From: Gemmatimonadota bacterium
GTDB taxonomy: Bacteria > Gemmatimonadota > Gemmatimonadetes > Longimicrobiales > Gaopeijiaceae
Direction: 5' to 3'
NCBI GenBank assembly: GCA_039589315.1
Contig: JBDHHQ010000011.1
Location: forward strand, 22,112-86,111
Length of the DNA: 64,000 nucleotides
Part shown: piece after piece, positions 46,095-56,026 of the stretch
Layout: every line of letters starts with the position of its first letter
How positions within the stretch are numbered: position 1 is the first letter of the stretch
Notes under the pieces: model-generated
What the model was told of the DNA's origin: nothing
What the model saw: the letters and a program-made list of their open reading frames with translations, nothing else
Databases searched by the model: none
Program-made: the position numbers and the translations under genes

Positions 46095-46226
46095 ACGCGG
46101 CCGGACAGGGGTGGCGGACGGGTTGCGGGGGCTGAGCGGGGTCGTCCGGGCTCGGAGCGGACGGACCGGCTCAACCGGCCAAGGGGCCGTCCACCCTGAG
46201 CGCCTGAGCTGTGGGCTGAACGCGTC

Positions 46227-48923
46227 CTACTCGGCGTTGAGCACCCGGACCGGGTCGATCCGTGCGGTCCGCCGGGCCGGCCACCAGGACGCCGCAGCGC
46301 CGGCGAACAGGACGAGCCCCACGACCGCCAGGAACGTGCGGACATCCCAGGCCCCGATGCCGAACAGCATCTCCTCGAGCGCCCGAGCGGCGGGCAGCGC
46401 GACCAGCAGCCCGATCGTCGTCCCCGTAAGCGCCAATGCGAACCCGCCTCGCGTGGTCTTCGCGACCAGGGCCGCGGGGCTCGCTCCTAGAGCCAGTCGT
46501 ACGCCCATCTCGGGAACGCGCTGAGATACCGCGAACGCGACGGTCCCGGTGACACCGAGCACGGCGAGGAGCCCGGAAAGTGCCGCCAGTGCCCCGATCA
46601 GCACGGTGCGGAACCGTGGCTGCGCCATGGAGCGATCGACGGCGTCGCTGACCACCATGGCATGTCGAATCGGTACCCTGGGATCGGTGTCCCAGACCGC
46701 TCGGCGTGCTTGATCGAGGATGCTCGATGGATCCCCCGCCGCTCCGATGAGGAAGTCGACGCTCTCCTGCCAGGTGAGCATCATCGGGGTGTAGAGCTTC
46801 GGGACCGGGGCTTGAGCGGCGCTCGTGTGGTGCACGTCCGAGACCACGCCCACCACAGTCAGCCAACGGAGGTCCTCGGGATCGCTCCCACGTCCGACCC
46901 TCTTTCCGACCGGGCTCTCGCCGGGCCACAGGACCTGCGCGGCTCCTTCACTCACGATCGCCACCGCTCGCCCCGGGCTCAGATCCGCGGGCGTGAAGGC
47001 TCGTCCGGCCTTCAGGGGGATGCCGAGAAGTCGATAATAGCCCCCGGACACCGAGGAAAGCTCCACGTTGAACTCCGGTAGCTCCCCGGTGCCTCGCTCG
47101 ACATAGGCGCTTCCCGATGACACCGAACCGCCGAACGGTGTCTCGGTCGTCATGGCGACGCCGACCACGCCCCCGATGGCCTCGATGCGTCTCCGGAGCT
47201 CGTCCGCGAACGCGGCCTTGCTGTCCCGGTCCGGGTACCGGGCGGCCGGGAGCGCCACCTGCAGACTGGCTACGTGATCATGGCGGAAGCCCACGTCTAC
47301 GCGGTTGAGGCGCCAGAATGAGTTGGCCAGCAGCCCGGCTCCCGTGAGCAGGACGAACGCCACAGCGACCTCTGCCACGACGAGGGCGCCGCGCACCCGG
47401 CCGGGGCCGCGGCCCCCGCCCAGGTCCCGGAGACCCTCCTTCATCCCGTGGGCGGGGTCAATATGCGCGGCAAGCAGGGCCGGGAGGGAGCCGGCGAGCA
47501 GCGCCGTCACGACGGTCAGCGTGGCAGAGAACGCCAGCACCGTTCGGTTCAGCGAGATCTCGTCCGTCCGAGGTATCCCCGTCGGAAGGAGATTGAGGAC
47601 CGGCTCGTGTGCGACGAAGGCCAGCGCCACACCCAGCGCGCCCCCCAAGCCGACGAGCACGGCGGTCTCGGCGAACAAGCCGGTGACGAGCCGCAGGGTG
47701 CCGGCGCCCAGCGCCGTCCTGACAGCGAGCTCTCGCCTGCGTCGCAAGCCCGACACGAAGAGGAGGTTCGCGACGTTGCCACAGGCGATGGCGAGCACGA
47801 GGGCGACCGACGCCAGCAACACGAGGAGCGTCTGGCGCACATCCCCCACGACCTCGGCGAGGCGGGACTCGACTCTCGTGCCGCGCCCGTTCGGAAGGGG
47901 CTCACCGCGGTCACGGTGGATCTGGGCCTGGAGCCCCTCGAGCTCGCGGACAACGGTCTCCGCGTCCACCCGGGGACGGACCCTCGCGATGGCGCTCATG
48001 AATTGCGTGTCGATCTCGCGTGCGCGGAGCTCGTCGTCGAAGGTGACCCACACGCCGTTTCCCGCGGAGGGGAAGTAGAACGACGCGGGCATCACGCCGA
48101 CGATCTCATACGGCGTGTCGTCGAAGCGGATGACGCGCCCGACCACGTTGGGATCGCCGCCGAAGCGCCGCTGCCAGAAGCCGTGGCTCAGAACCACCAC
48201 GGGCGGGGCGCCCATCTCGTCTTCGGCAGGAAGCGGCAGGCGGCCCAGCTCCGGCAGCACACCCAGCGCCGGCAACACGCCGGCGGTGACGTGGATTCCG
48301 TGGACGACCTCCGGCTCGCCGTCGGGCGTGTACGTGAATTGCCCGTTGGCGTAGGCCCCGAAGCCCTCGAAGACCGTGTTCCGGTCACGCCACCCCTCGA
48401 AGATGGGGTAGGACAGGGGGAACCGAGCCGCGAACGCACGAAGTTGCGGTGAAGGGGAGTCGAGCCACTCGCCGTGGGTCTGGTAGACATTCACGATCCC
48501 ATCGGGCTCGGCGTAGGGCAGGGGGCGCAGCAGGACGCCGTTCACCACGCTGAAGACGACGGTGGTGATGCCGATGGAGAAGGCCAGCGTCAGCACGACG
48601 ACCGCGGCGAGGGCAGGTCGGGCACGGAGGCTCCTGAAGGCGCTGCTGAGCGCGTGGCTCGGGGAGGCCCAGATCGCTCCTCGTCTGCCACTTTGGACCG
48701 GTTCTGCCAGTCCTCGCGCTTCGCGGCGAAGGGCCCGGTAGCGCAGCGTCAGCACCTGTCGCCAATACCAGAGCCTCGGTGAGGGTCCGCCTGCCTGGGC
48801 TGCCGCCCGACGTCGGAATCGCTCCTCCAGATCACCCTCGATCGCCTCGCGGAGGGCCTCGGGGAGCAGCCAGCTCAGAAGCAGACGCGCCGCGACAGGC
48901 GGTCGCGGGCCATCAGGCGCCAC
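46227..48923 (-). CDS. Duplicated orphan ABC permease (ADOP, MacB/FtsX-like) with N-terminal prefix domain
   Basis: EAIEGDLEE...WYWRQ prefix; LLRPLPY, IACGNVANL, RRRELAVRTALGA, EMGVRLALGA, WWPARR; GTG start overlaps the padR stop. Confidence 0.9.
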   Translation of the reverse strand: MAPDGPRPPVAARLLLSWLLPEALREAIEGDLEERFRRRAAAQAGGPSPRLWYWRQVLTLRYRALRREARGLAEPVQSGRRGAIWASPSHALSSAFRSLRARPALAAVVVLTLAFSIGITTVVFSVVNGVLLRPLPYAEPDGIVNVYQTHGEWLDSPSPQLRAFAARFPLSYPIFEGWRDRNTVFEGFGAYANGQFTYTPDGEPEVVHGIHVTAGVLPALGVLPELGRLPLPAEDEMGAPPVVVLSHGFWQRRFGGDPNVVGRVIRFDDTPYEIVGVMPASFYFPSAGNGVWVTFDDELRAREIDTQFMSAIARVRPRVDAETVVRELEGLQAQIHRDRGEPLPNGRGTRVESRLAEVVGDVRQTLLVLLASVALVLAIACGNVANLLFVSGLRRRRELAVRTALGAGTLRLVTGLFAETAVLVGLGGALGVALAFVAHEPVLNLLPTGIPRTDEISLNRTVLAFSATLTVVTALLAGSLPALLAAHIDPAHGMKEGLRDLGGGRGPGRVRGALVVAEVAVAFVLLTGAGLLANSFWRLNRVDVGFRHDHVASLQVALPAARYPDRDSKAAFADELRRRIEAIGGVVGVAMTTETPFGGSVSSGSAYVERGTGELPEFNVELSSVSGGYYRLLGIPLKAGRAFTPADLSPGRAVAIVSEGAAQVLWPGESPVGKRVGRGSDPEDLRWLTVVGVVSDVHHTSAAQAPVPKLYTPMMLTWQESVDFLIGAAGDPSSILDQARRAVWDTDPRVPIRHAMVVSDAVDRSMAQPRFRTVLIGALAALSGLLAVLGVTGTVAFAVSQRVPEMGVRLALGASPAALVAKTTRGGFALALTGTTIGLLVALPAARALEEMLFGIGAWDVRTFLAVVGLVLFAGAAASWWPARRTARIDPVRVLNAE

Positions 48924-49287
48924 GAGTGGCCACGCTCCGGTCAAGGACGCCCTCGAGGCCAGTCCACATGCGAATGAGGCGGTCCCTCGACTCTTGCAGC
49001 GCCTCGATTCCCGAGGGCTCGACGCGGAAGAACCGCTTGGCCTTGCCGCCGCGCTCCTCGGTCGGTTGGCCCATGCGCGACGACACCAGGCCCTTCTTCT
49101 CCAGTCGCGTCAGCGTGATGTAGACGGAGGACAGGGACGCGCTCCGCTCCGCGCGCGCTTCGAGCTGTTCGAGGATCTGCCCGCCGTACGCATCGTTTCC
49201 GAGCTGCAGAACGGACAGAAGGGCCAGTTGCTCGAATTCGCCGAGGCGGTCTCTGGTGGAATTCGGGGGTTCTTTGCTGGAGGACAT
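48913..49287 (-). CDS. PadR-family transcriptional regulator
   Basis: LGEFEQLALL, AYGGQI, SVYITLTRLEKKGLV, ERGGKAKRFF. Confidence 0.92.
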   Translation of the reverse strand: MSSSKEPPNSTRDRLGEFEQLALLSVLQLGNDAYGGQILEQLEARAERSASLSSVYITLTRLEKKGLVSSRMGQPTEERGGKAKRFFRVEPSGIEALQESRDRLIRMWTGLEGVLDRSVATRGA

Positions 49288-49396
49288 CGTGTCCCCGCTG
49301 GTAGGGGGGGATCTTTCTCGGAGGGATGGGATCGAGCCCGCTGTCACAGGGTGCTCACCTGGCTCGTCCCCCGGACCGACTCGTCTACCGATCAGC

Positions 49397-49424
49397 CTTA
49401 CATTGTTAATATTAACATTATAAG
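49397..49424. promoter_or_regulatory. AT-rich 28-bp palindrome, candidate PadR operator
   Basis: CTTACATTGTTAAT|ATTAACATTATAAG with perfect 14-bp core TGTTAATATTAACA, about 110 bp upstream of padR. Confidence 0.65.
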
Positions 49425-49603
49425 TAAAATCAGCCGGTGGCGCCAGGTGGTTGGTTCAATGGTAGGAGCCCGAGTGCCGGGATTCGATCTCGGTCCCTTC
49501 GGCTCAGTCGTGTTGCGGCCACACCGGTTGCGGTCCGATTGCGCGTTCCTGGACGGCGGGACAGGTTCACCGCCCGACACGTCTGAACCAGGAGGCCGAC
49601 GCC

Positions 49604-51274
49604 ATGTCAGATGCACCGCGTGAGTCCATTCGCTTCTCGCGCAGGGACTTCCTCGCCATGACCGCCGCCGGGGGAGCGGTGGCCGCCGCCGGGTCCCTGG
49701 CTTGTGCGCCGAGCGACGGTGACGCGGGCGCGGCTGGCGCCGGCGAGGCACCCCAGGTCCCCGCCTTCATCCTGGACGAAATCGAGATCACCCAGCTGCA
49801 GGAGGGCATGGCCTCGGGTCAGTGGTCATCCCGGCAGATCACCCAACTCTACCTGGAGCGCATCGAGGAGATCGACCGGAACGGCCCCCGCCTCCGGTCC
49901 GTGATCGAGACCAACCCCGATGCGCTGACCATCGCGGAGGAGCTGGACACCGAACGCAGGGCCGGCACGGTCCGGGGGCCCCTGCACGGGATCCCGATCC
50001 TGGTGAAGGACAACGTGGCCACCAACGACCGGATGACCACCACGGCGGGCTCGGCGGCGCTGACGGGCTCGATCCCGTCGGCGGACGCGTGGGTGGCGGC
50101 CCGCCTGAAGGCTGCAGGGGCGATCGTGCTGGGGAAGGCCAACCTGAGCGAGTGGGCCAACTTCCGCTCGACCCGCTCCAGCTCGGGGTGGAGCGGCCGG
50201 GGAGGGCAGTGCAAGAACCCCTACGTGCTCGACCGCAACCCGTGCGGCTCGAGCTCCGGCTCGGGCGCGGCCGCGTCCGCCAGCCTGTGCGCCGGCGCCA
50301 TCGGCACCGAGACGAACGGGTCGATCGTATGTCCGTCGTCAGCCAACGGATTGGTGGGGGTGAAGCCCACCGTGGGGTTGGTCAGCCGGTCCCGGATCAT
50401 CCCCATCGCCCACAGCCAGGACACGGCAGGTCCCATGTGCCGAACGGTGCGGGACGCGGCCCTCGTCCTCGGCGCGCTCACGGGCGTGGACCCTGAGGAC
50501 GCCGCCACCACTGCGAGCCAGGGCCGATCGCACACCGACTACACTCAGTTCCTGGATGCCGACGGGCTGCGGGGCGCGCGCATTGGAGTGGCCCGGGGCT
50601 ACTTCGGCTTCCACCCGGAGGTGGACGACGCCATGGAGGCGGCCATCGAGGCCATGGCGGCGGCCGGCGCCACGATCGTGGACGAAGCCGACATCGAGAC
50701 GCGCCAGGAGATCGGCCGTCACTCGTTTCAAGTGCTCCTCTACGAGTTCAAGGCCGACCTGAATGCCTACCTGGAAGCGTTGGGACCCGACGCGCCCGTG
50801 AAGTCGCTGGAAGAGATCATCGCGTACAACGAGGCGAACGCCAGCGCCGAGATGCCCTTCTTCGGCCAGGAGATCATGCTCGACGCCCAGGAGAAGGGTC
50901 CCCTGACGGAGACCGAGTACCTGGAGGCCCTGGAGACGTCGAAGCGGCTGGCGGGCCCCGAAGGCATCGACAGGGTCATGGAGGCGCACCAGCTCGACGC
51001 CATCGTGGCGCCGACGGGTGGACCGGCCTGGAAGATCGACCTGATCAATGGCGACCATTTCGGGGGCGGCAGCTCCACCCCAGCCGCGGTCGCCGGCCAT
51101 GCGAACATCACGCTGCCGGTCGGGAACGTTCGGGGGCTGCCCGTGGGCATCTCGTTCTTCGCGGGGGCGTGGACCGAACCGACCCTCTTCCGGCTCGCCT
51201 ACGCCTTCGAGCAGGCGACGGGCCATCGGATCGCCCCGACGTTCATCCCGACGTTGGATCTGCCGAACGCGTAA
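49604..51274 (+). CDS. Amidase-signature enzyme with Tat/lipoprotein signal
   Basis: SRRDFL Tat motif, SLAC; LHGIPILVKDN, GKANLSEWAN, CGSSSGS, GTETNGSI; AGGAGG RBS. Confidence 0.93.
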   Translation: MSDAPRESIRFSRRDFLAMTAAGGAVAAAGSLACAPSDGDAGAAGAGEAPQVPAFILDEIEITQLQEGMASGQWSSRQITQLYLERIEEIDRNGPRLRSVIETNPDALTIAEELDTERRAGTVRGPLHGIPILVKDNVATNDRMTTTAGSAALTGSIPSADAWVAARLKAAGAIVLGKANLSEWANFRSTRSSSGWSGRGGQCKNPYVLDRNPCGSSSGSGAAASASLCAGAIGTETNGSIVCPSSANGLVGVKPTVGLVSRSRIIPIAHSQDTAGPMCRTVRDAALVLGALTGVDPEDAATTASQGRSHTDYTQFLDADGLRGARIGVARGYFGFHPEVDDAMEAAIEAMAAAGATIVDEADIETRQEIGRHSFQVLLYEFKADLNAYLEALGPDAPVKSLEEIIAYNEANASAEMPFFGQEIMLDAQEKGPLTETEYLEALETSKRLAGPEGIDRVMEAHQLDAIVAPTGGPAWKIDLINGDHFGGGSSTPAAVAGHANITLPVGNVRGLPVGISFFAGAWTEPTLFRLAYAFEQATGHRIAPTFIPTLDLPNA

Positions 51275-51284
51275 CGGGCCCGGC

Positions 51285-51749
51285 TCAGAGCGTGGGGTCC
51301 ACCGGCTCGAGGAAGGGGAACCGGTGGAAGTCGGTGTCCCGGCTGTAGATCACCTTCAGCCCGTGCTCTCTCATCAGAACGGCAGTGTGGGCATCGTGGA
51401 CAATGTTGCCGGCCAGGTGTGGCAACTCACCGAATACCTCATCCACGACCGAGGCGTGCCGCGGCGTCTCGACCAGGACATCCAATCCGGGAGAGGCGAG
51501 CATTGCTCGAACGAAGGACCACGCCTCTCCGGCGACCCAGGGCCGGATGAGCACGGCGGGATGAGTGGTCACACGGACGAATCCGTACAGGATTCCCCAG
51601 GTCACATACCAAGCGGACGCACGGCGCCGCCATTCCTCCAGGCGACTGCGAGACCGGTCGTGGAACGCGGAGCTCGCGTCGGCCGCATAGACGAGAATGT
51701 TGGTGTCGACGACTTTGGATGGGAGGGTCAACACCCGCGAGTCGGCCAT
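51285..51749 (-). CDS. VapC-family PIN-domain protein (orphan, possibly inactive)
   Basis: VVDTNILVYA, GNIVHDAH, SRDTDF; start uncertain. Confidence 0.8.
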   Translation of the reverse strand: MADSRVLTLPSKVVDTNILVYAADASSAFHDRSRSRLEEWRRRASAWYVTWGILYGFVRVTTHPAVLIRPWVAGEAWSFVRAMLASPGLDVLVETPRHASVVDEVFGELPHLAGNIVHDAHTAVLMREHGLKVIYSRDTDFHRFPFLEPVDPTL

Positions 51750-52056
51750 GCCCGCCGCCTGGGCCGCACGCTCACGTTGTGGCTGAAACTCACTCCCCTG
51801 CAGACCGGCCTTGCTGCCCAGGCCCCTAACGCTTCCGACGGCTCGGCTGGGGAGGCGTCGACCTGCCCGCACGTCGCTCTCGGACCCAGATGGGTCGTAC
51901 TCGCGGGCGCGGGCGCCCGCTTCCGAGGCGCCACGACCGAGCCTCAGGTGTCGGTGCGCGGCGTTTTCGGCTTCTAGTGTGGTGCTGCAGAGGTCAGGTA
52001 GCTACCGACGGGGCCGATGCGCCCGAGCCGGCAAGGCGCGGAGAAGGTCCCGACCC

Positions 52057-54354
52057 TCAGAAGATCTGCCCCAGGAAGAAGTACCACGAGCCCGAGCCGC
52101 CGTCGGCCAACCCGTACGCGGTGTAGATCGGGCCCACCAACGTGTCGAATCCCAGGAACACGCTGGCCGAGAACCGCAGGTTGTCGGTGGCGATCTCGTC
52201 CGTCGTTCTCCAGGCGTTCCCGGTTTCGAGGCTTCCGCCCAGCCGAAACCCGCCGACGGGGGCGAGCCCACGGGGTTGGCTGATCAACCGGTGGTAGACC
52301 AATGCGCCGAAGCCCAGATAGTCGCCGGTGATCTGCCGGCGCTGCAGGCCGGACAGGGATAGGAAGCCGCCGAGCTCGAACCGCTCGTATGCGGGGAGGC
52401 CGGTGCCGAAGCTCGTGCCTGCGCGGGCAGTCAGCACGACCGAGTTTCGCCCCCGGGTGAACGCCGGTGAGACGGCGACTCTCAGCTTCTGGAACGCCAC
52501 GTCACCTCCCAGAAACTCGTTCGCCAGCTTGGCGTCCACGACCGCGGCAAAGCCCTTGCCCGGAAACCTGGGGTTGTCGATCTCGTCGACGGCGAAGCGC
52601 GTGATTACGCTGGCGACGTCGTCCTCGATCGTGGGGAGATCGGACGATCCGACCGTGGGCGCCGCCTTGACGTGCTCCCAGGAGAGGCCCGCCTCGAGCT
52701 GGCCCCACAGGCCCAGGCGACTGCCGCCCGTGAGCCGTCCACCGGCGGACTTGGTGCGGTACTGAGCGATGGCCGCGTCTCCCTCGAAAACGGGGTCGAG
52801 CCGACTCGAGTACTCACCTCCGAGCAGCCCGAAGAGCGCCAGCCGGTCGTCCAGCGGCTGATACCACTCCGCAGCGAGGCGCCGGGTCTCACCGAGCTGG
52901 ACCTCCGCCCGGATCTCGCCTCCCCTACGGTTCAGCCTGGTCGCCGTGAACCGCGTGAGAGTGTTGAACGTGCTCAGGCTCTCGATGTTGTCGCGGATGG
53001 CAAGGCCGAAGCGGAAGTAGTTGGGGCCCCAGGGCTTCTCCTGCGGTCGGACCAGGATCCCGGTTTCGGCTCCTCTGTGGAGAAGCTCGAAGTCGACCTT
53101 CTGGAACTCGCCGACACCCTGCAGCACCGTGAGCCGCTCCCGAAGCTCCCCGAGCGGCACGGTCTCACCGGCCTCGAGGTCGAGGAGACCTTCCACGACG
53201 GCGTCGGAGAGCCTCGTCTCATTGTCGATCTCCACGAAGTCGACGCGGACGGACCGTTCGCGAGGAATGATACGGTGCGTGTACGGTTCGTACGCCTGCG
53301 GCGTGAGGCTGAGGTTTCGTAGGGCGGCCTCCGCTCCCCGCGCGGCCTCCAGCCCGATGGGGACCGCGGCCATGATCTGGTCGAAGCTCGCCACGCCGAT
53401 GTCCCCGAGGTCGGGTCGGATCAAGATGTCGGAGGGTCCGAGCTCCCCGCGGGAGCGTTCCGAGTTGGCCTGAACAACGAGCGTGGTCACCTGCAACGCG
53501 ACGCCCGGGGCGCTCCGCAAGTTCTCCCGCGGCGCGAGTGGAGAGCCCACGTCGATTGCGATCACGACATCGGCCCCCATCTCCCGCACCACGTCCACAG
53601 GGATGTTGCGCAGTATCCCGCCGTCGACCAACAGCCGTCCGTCTATCTCGATGGGCTCGAATGCCCCGGGCATGGCCATGGAAGCCAGGATCGCCCGGGA
53701 CAGCCTGCCTTCGCTCAGCACGACGAGGTCGCCCGTGACCAAGTCGGCCGCGATGCTCCGGAAGGGGACAGGTAGTCGATCGAAGTCCCGGACCTCGGCC
53801 ACGGGCAGCGTCACGGCCTTGACGAGCAGGTTGAGGCCGTGTCCGCCGATCAAGCTTGCGGGCAACCGGAAGCTCTCTCCGTCGAACCCGATTTCGATGT
53901 CCATGAGAGAGCTGCGGCTGTCCTGCTTTCTCCGGAACGTCAGGTCCCGTCGGGGCGGAGCGCCTCGGAACAGCTCGTTCCAGTTGATCTCGCCCAGGAG
54001 CTCTTCGATCTCGTCGAGGGACATGCCCGAGGCGTACGCCCCGCCGATGATGGCGCCCATGGAGGTCCCGGCGACGTAGTCCACAGGTACCCGGAGTTCC
54101 TCGAGGACCCGCAGCACGCCGATGTGGGCGCCGCCGCGGGCTCCCCCACCTCCCAGGACGACTCCGACCTTGGGTCGGTCGGCGGTTTGTGACTTAGCTG
54201 GGGTCGGGAGGACGGCGACGCTCGCCGAGGCGAGGGCGAGGGTCAGGAGAACGGATGATGGGATCGGGGCGCCGGCCCTGGAGGGGCGGGGAAGTTCCGG
54301 CCCGGACGACGGTCGCACGCTCATGGTCTGGCGCGGCACGGATCGGCCGCTCAT
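52057..54354 (-). CDS. Patatin-like phospholipase with POTRA and Omp85-type barrel (PlpD/type Vd-like)
   Basis: GGGGARG, GTSMG, DGG; C-terminal beta strands FELGGFLSLSG...YFFLGQIF; start uncertain. Confidence 0.9.
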   Translation of the reverse strand: MSGRSVPRQTMSVRPSSGPELPRPSRAGAPIPSSVLLTLALASASVAVLPTPAKSQTADRPKVGVVLGGGGARGGAHIGVLRVLEELRVPVDYVAGTSMGAIIGGAYASGMSLDEIEELLGEINWNELFRGAPPRRDLTFRRKQDSRSSLMDIEIGFDGESFRLPASLIGGHGLNLLVKAVTLPVAEVRDFDRLPVPFRSIAADLVTGDLVVLSEGRLSRAILASMAMPGAFEPIEIDGRLLVDGGILRNIPVDVVREMGADVVIAIDVGSPLAPRENLRSAPGVALQVTTLVVQANSERSRGELGPSDILIRPDLGDIGVASFDQIMAAVPIGLEAARGAEAALRNLSLTPQAYEPYTHRIIPRERSVRVDFVEIDNETRLSDAVVEGLLDLEAGETVPLGELRERLTVLQGVGEFQKVDFELLHRGAETGILVRPQEKPWGPNYFRFGLAIRDNIESLSTFNTLTRFTATRLNRRGGEIRAEVQLGETRRLAAEWYQPLDDRLALFGLLGGEYSSRLDPVFEGDAAIAQYRTKSAGGRLTGGSRLGLWGQLEAGLSWEHVKAAPTVGSSDLPTIEDDVASVITRFAVDEIDNPRFPGKGFAAVVDAKLANEFLGGDVAFQKLRVAVSPAFTRGRNSVVLTARAGTSFGTGLPAYERFELGGFLSLSGLQRRQITGDYLGFGALVYHRLISQPRGLAPVGGFRLGGSLETGNAWRTTDEIATDNLRFSASVFLGFDTLVGPIYTAYGLADGGSGSWYFFLGQIF

Positions 54355-54557
54355 CCCCCTTTAGCCGTGTCACTTTCCTGATAGCCGAGGCTGCTCGAGG
54401 GTGGTATGGTGCTTGTGGTGGGGCGGGCGCGCCAGACCCCGGCGCGGTCGCCCCTCCCGCTCTTGTTGATCGCGCCGGATCGGGCTCGGGAGCCCTTGAC
54501 CTCGATGCGACGCACGGCTCGGACCGATCACCTGGGTCCGGGAAGGGAGACGCCCCC

Positions 54558-55847
54558 ATGAGCTCGAAGGCCCTCGTTCGCGGATTCTTCGTCGTCCTGG
54601 TGCTCGCCATCCTGGCGGTCGGGTCCTACACGGTGGGACGCGCCGACGAGCGGCGGGGCGCCGACTCGCCCCTGGTCGCCGTAGCGGCGGCCCAATCCCA
54701 AGAGCCCCTCATCAGCCCGACCGGGGTTCGTGTGGCCCGGGAGGCCTACTTCCCCAACTCGGAGGAGCTGGGCCCGGACGAGATGCGGGTCATCTCGTGC
54801 GGCACCGGCATGCCGACGGGCCGCGAGTCCCAGGCCGCGGCGTGCTTCCTGGTGGAGTTGGGGAACGGCGACAAGTTCATCTTCGACTCCGGCACGGGGT
54901 CGCACGTCCGCATCGCCAGCATGGAGATCCCCTACGACTTCCTGGACAAGATCTTCCTCAGCCACCTGCACACCGACCACTTCGGCGACTTCGCCGCTTA
55001 CTACATCGGTGGATGGGTGGCCGGTCGCACGGTGCCACTCCGCGTCTGGGGGCCCAGCGGTTCCGCGCCGGACCTGGGGACGGACTACGCCCTGAACCGT
55101 TGGCGGGAAGCGCTCAATTGGGACATCACCAATCGGCGGGGCCGCCTGCCAGCCAGTGGCGGTGAGCTCCAGATCACGGAGTTCGACTACAAGGGTGAGA
55201 ACCACGTCGTCTACCAGGAGAACGGCGTCACCATTCGCGCCTGGCCCGCCATCCACGGGATTGACGGGTCGGTCAGCTACCGCCTCGAATGGAACGGCCT
55301 GAGCTTCGTGTTCGGCGGCGACACGTATCCCAATCAGTGGTTCGTCGAGTACGCCCAGGGCGCCGATCTTGTGGTCCACGAGGCCATGATGGCGGTGGAA
55401 GACTACATCCGGAAGTTCAAGTTCCCACCCGGGCTGGCCCTGGAGATCGGAGTGAACATCCACACGTCGCCCGAGTCGTTCGGCAAAGTCATGAGTCTGG
55501 TGCAGCCGCGCATGGCGGTGGCCTACCATTTCTTCAATGACTTCGACACCCGGGAAAGGATCGGTCTGGGGATCCGGAGCACCTACGACGGGCCGCTCAC
55601 CATGGCCACCGACTACATGGTCTGGAACGTGACCCGAGACGCCCTCGAGGTTCGGGAGGTCCATTTCAACCCGGACGTCTGGCCGCCGCCAGCTGCCTAC
55701 CCGAAACCCGACATCGACCAGGCCGGGATGGTGTTCGTGTCGGACGAGATCAACTCTCGGCGTCTACCTGAGGCGGCCGACGTTGATCAGGCGATCTACG
55801 ACCGGATCAACGCCCAGTACGGAACGAACTTCCGGCTGGGTCGCTGA
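54558..55847 (+). CDS. Exported MBL-fold metallo-hydrolase (RNase Z/AtsA-like subgroup)
   Basis: GGGAGA RBS; N-terminal signal/TM; CGTGMP, FDSGTG, SHLHTDH, FGGDT, VHE, YHF. Confidence 0.88.
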   Translation: MSSKALVRGFFVVLVLAILAVGSYTVGRADERRGADSPLVAVAAAQSQEPLISPTGVRVAREAYFPNSEELGPDEMRVISCGTGMPTGRESQAAACFLVELGNGDKFIFDSGTGSHVRIASMEIPYDFLDKIFLSHLHTDHFGDFAAYYIGGWVAGRTVPLRVWGPSGSAPDLGTDYALNRWREALNWDITNRRGRLPASGGELQITEFDYKGENHVVYQENGVTIRAWPAIHGIDGSVSYRLEWNGLSFVFGGDTYPNQWFVEYAQGADLVVHEAMMAVEDYIRKFKFPPGLALEIGVNIHTSPESFGKVMSLVQPRMAVAYHFFNDFDTRERIGLGIRSTYDGPLTMATDYMVWNVTRDALEVREVHFNPDVWPPPAAYPKPDIDQAGMVFVSDEINSRRLPEAADVDQAIYDRINAQYGTNFRLGR

Positions 55848-55871
55848 GCGGGCCGACCTGCAATTCGTTCG

Positions 55872-55908
55872 ACCGCCCGGGGGCCGTGGGCTCCCGGGCG
55901 GTTCTTTC
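55872..55908 (+). terminator. Intrinsic terminator after the MBL hydrolase
   Basis: ACCGCCCGGGGGCC-gtg-GGCTCCCGGGCGGT followed by TCTTTC. Confidence 0.65.
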
Positions 55909-56026
55909 GTCCGGACCGGCGGATCCTGTTGTCCGAAGGGCCCCCCGGCCCCGTCCACAGTCGACCCGGCGGGCGGACCCGGTTCCGCCCGTTGCCCGTC
56001 CGCGACGACTTCGGGTAAGATCCCGC

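Noticed and set aside
49444..49500. tRNA-like fragments: D-arm-like GTTC-AATGGTAG-GAGC and T-arm-like CCGGG-ATTCGAT-CTCGG
   Set aside because: No anticodon arm, non-canonical T loop, poor acceptor stem and no CCA; treated as coincidence.
51820..51835. GCGTTAGGG upstream of vapC as an integron attC core, or an IS end
   Set aside because: Imperfect GTTRRRY, no matching inverse core, and no integrase or transposase nearby.
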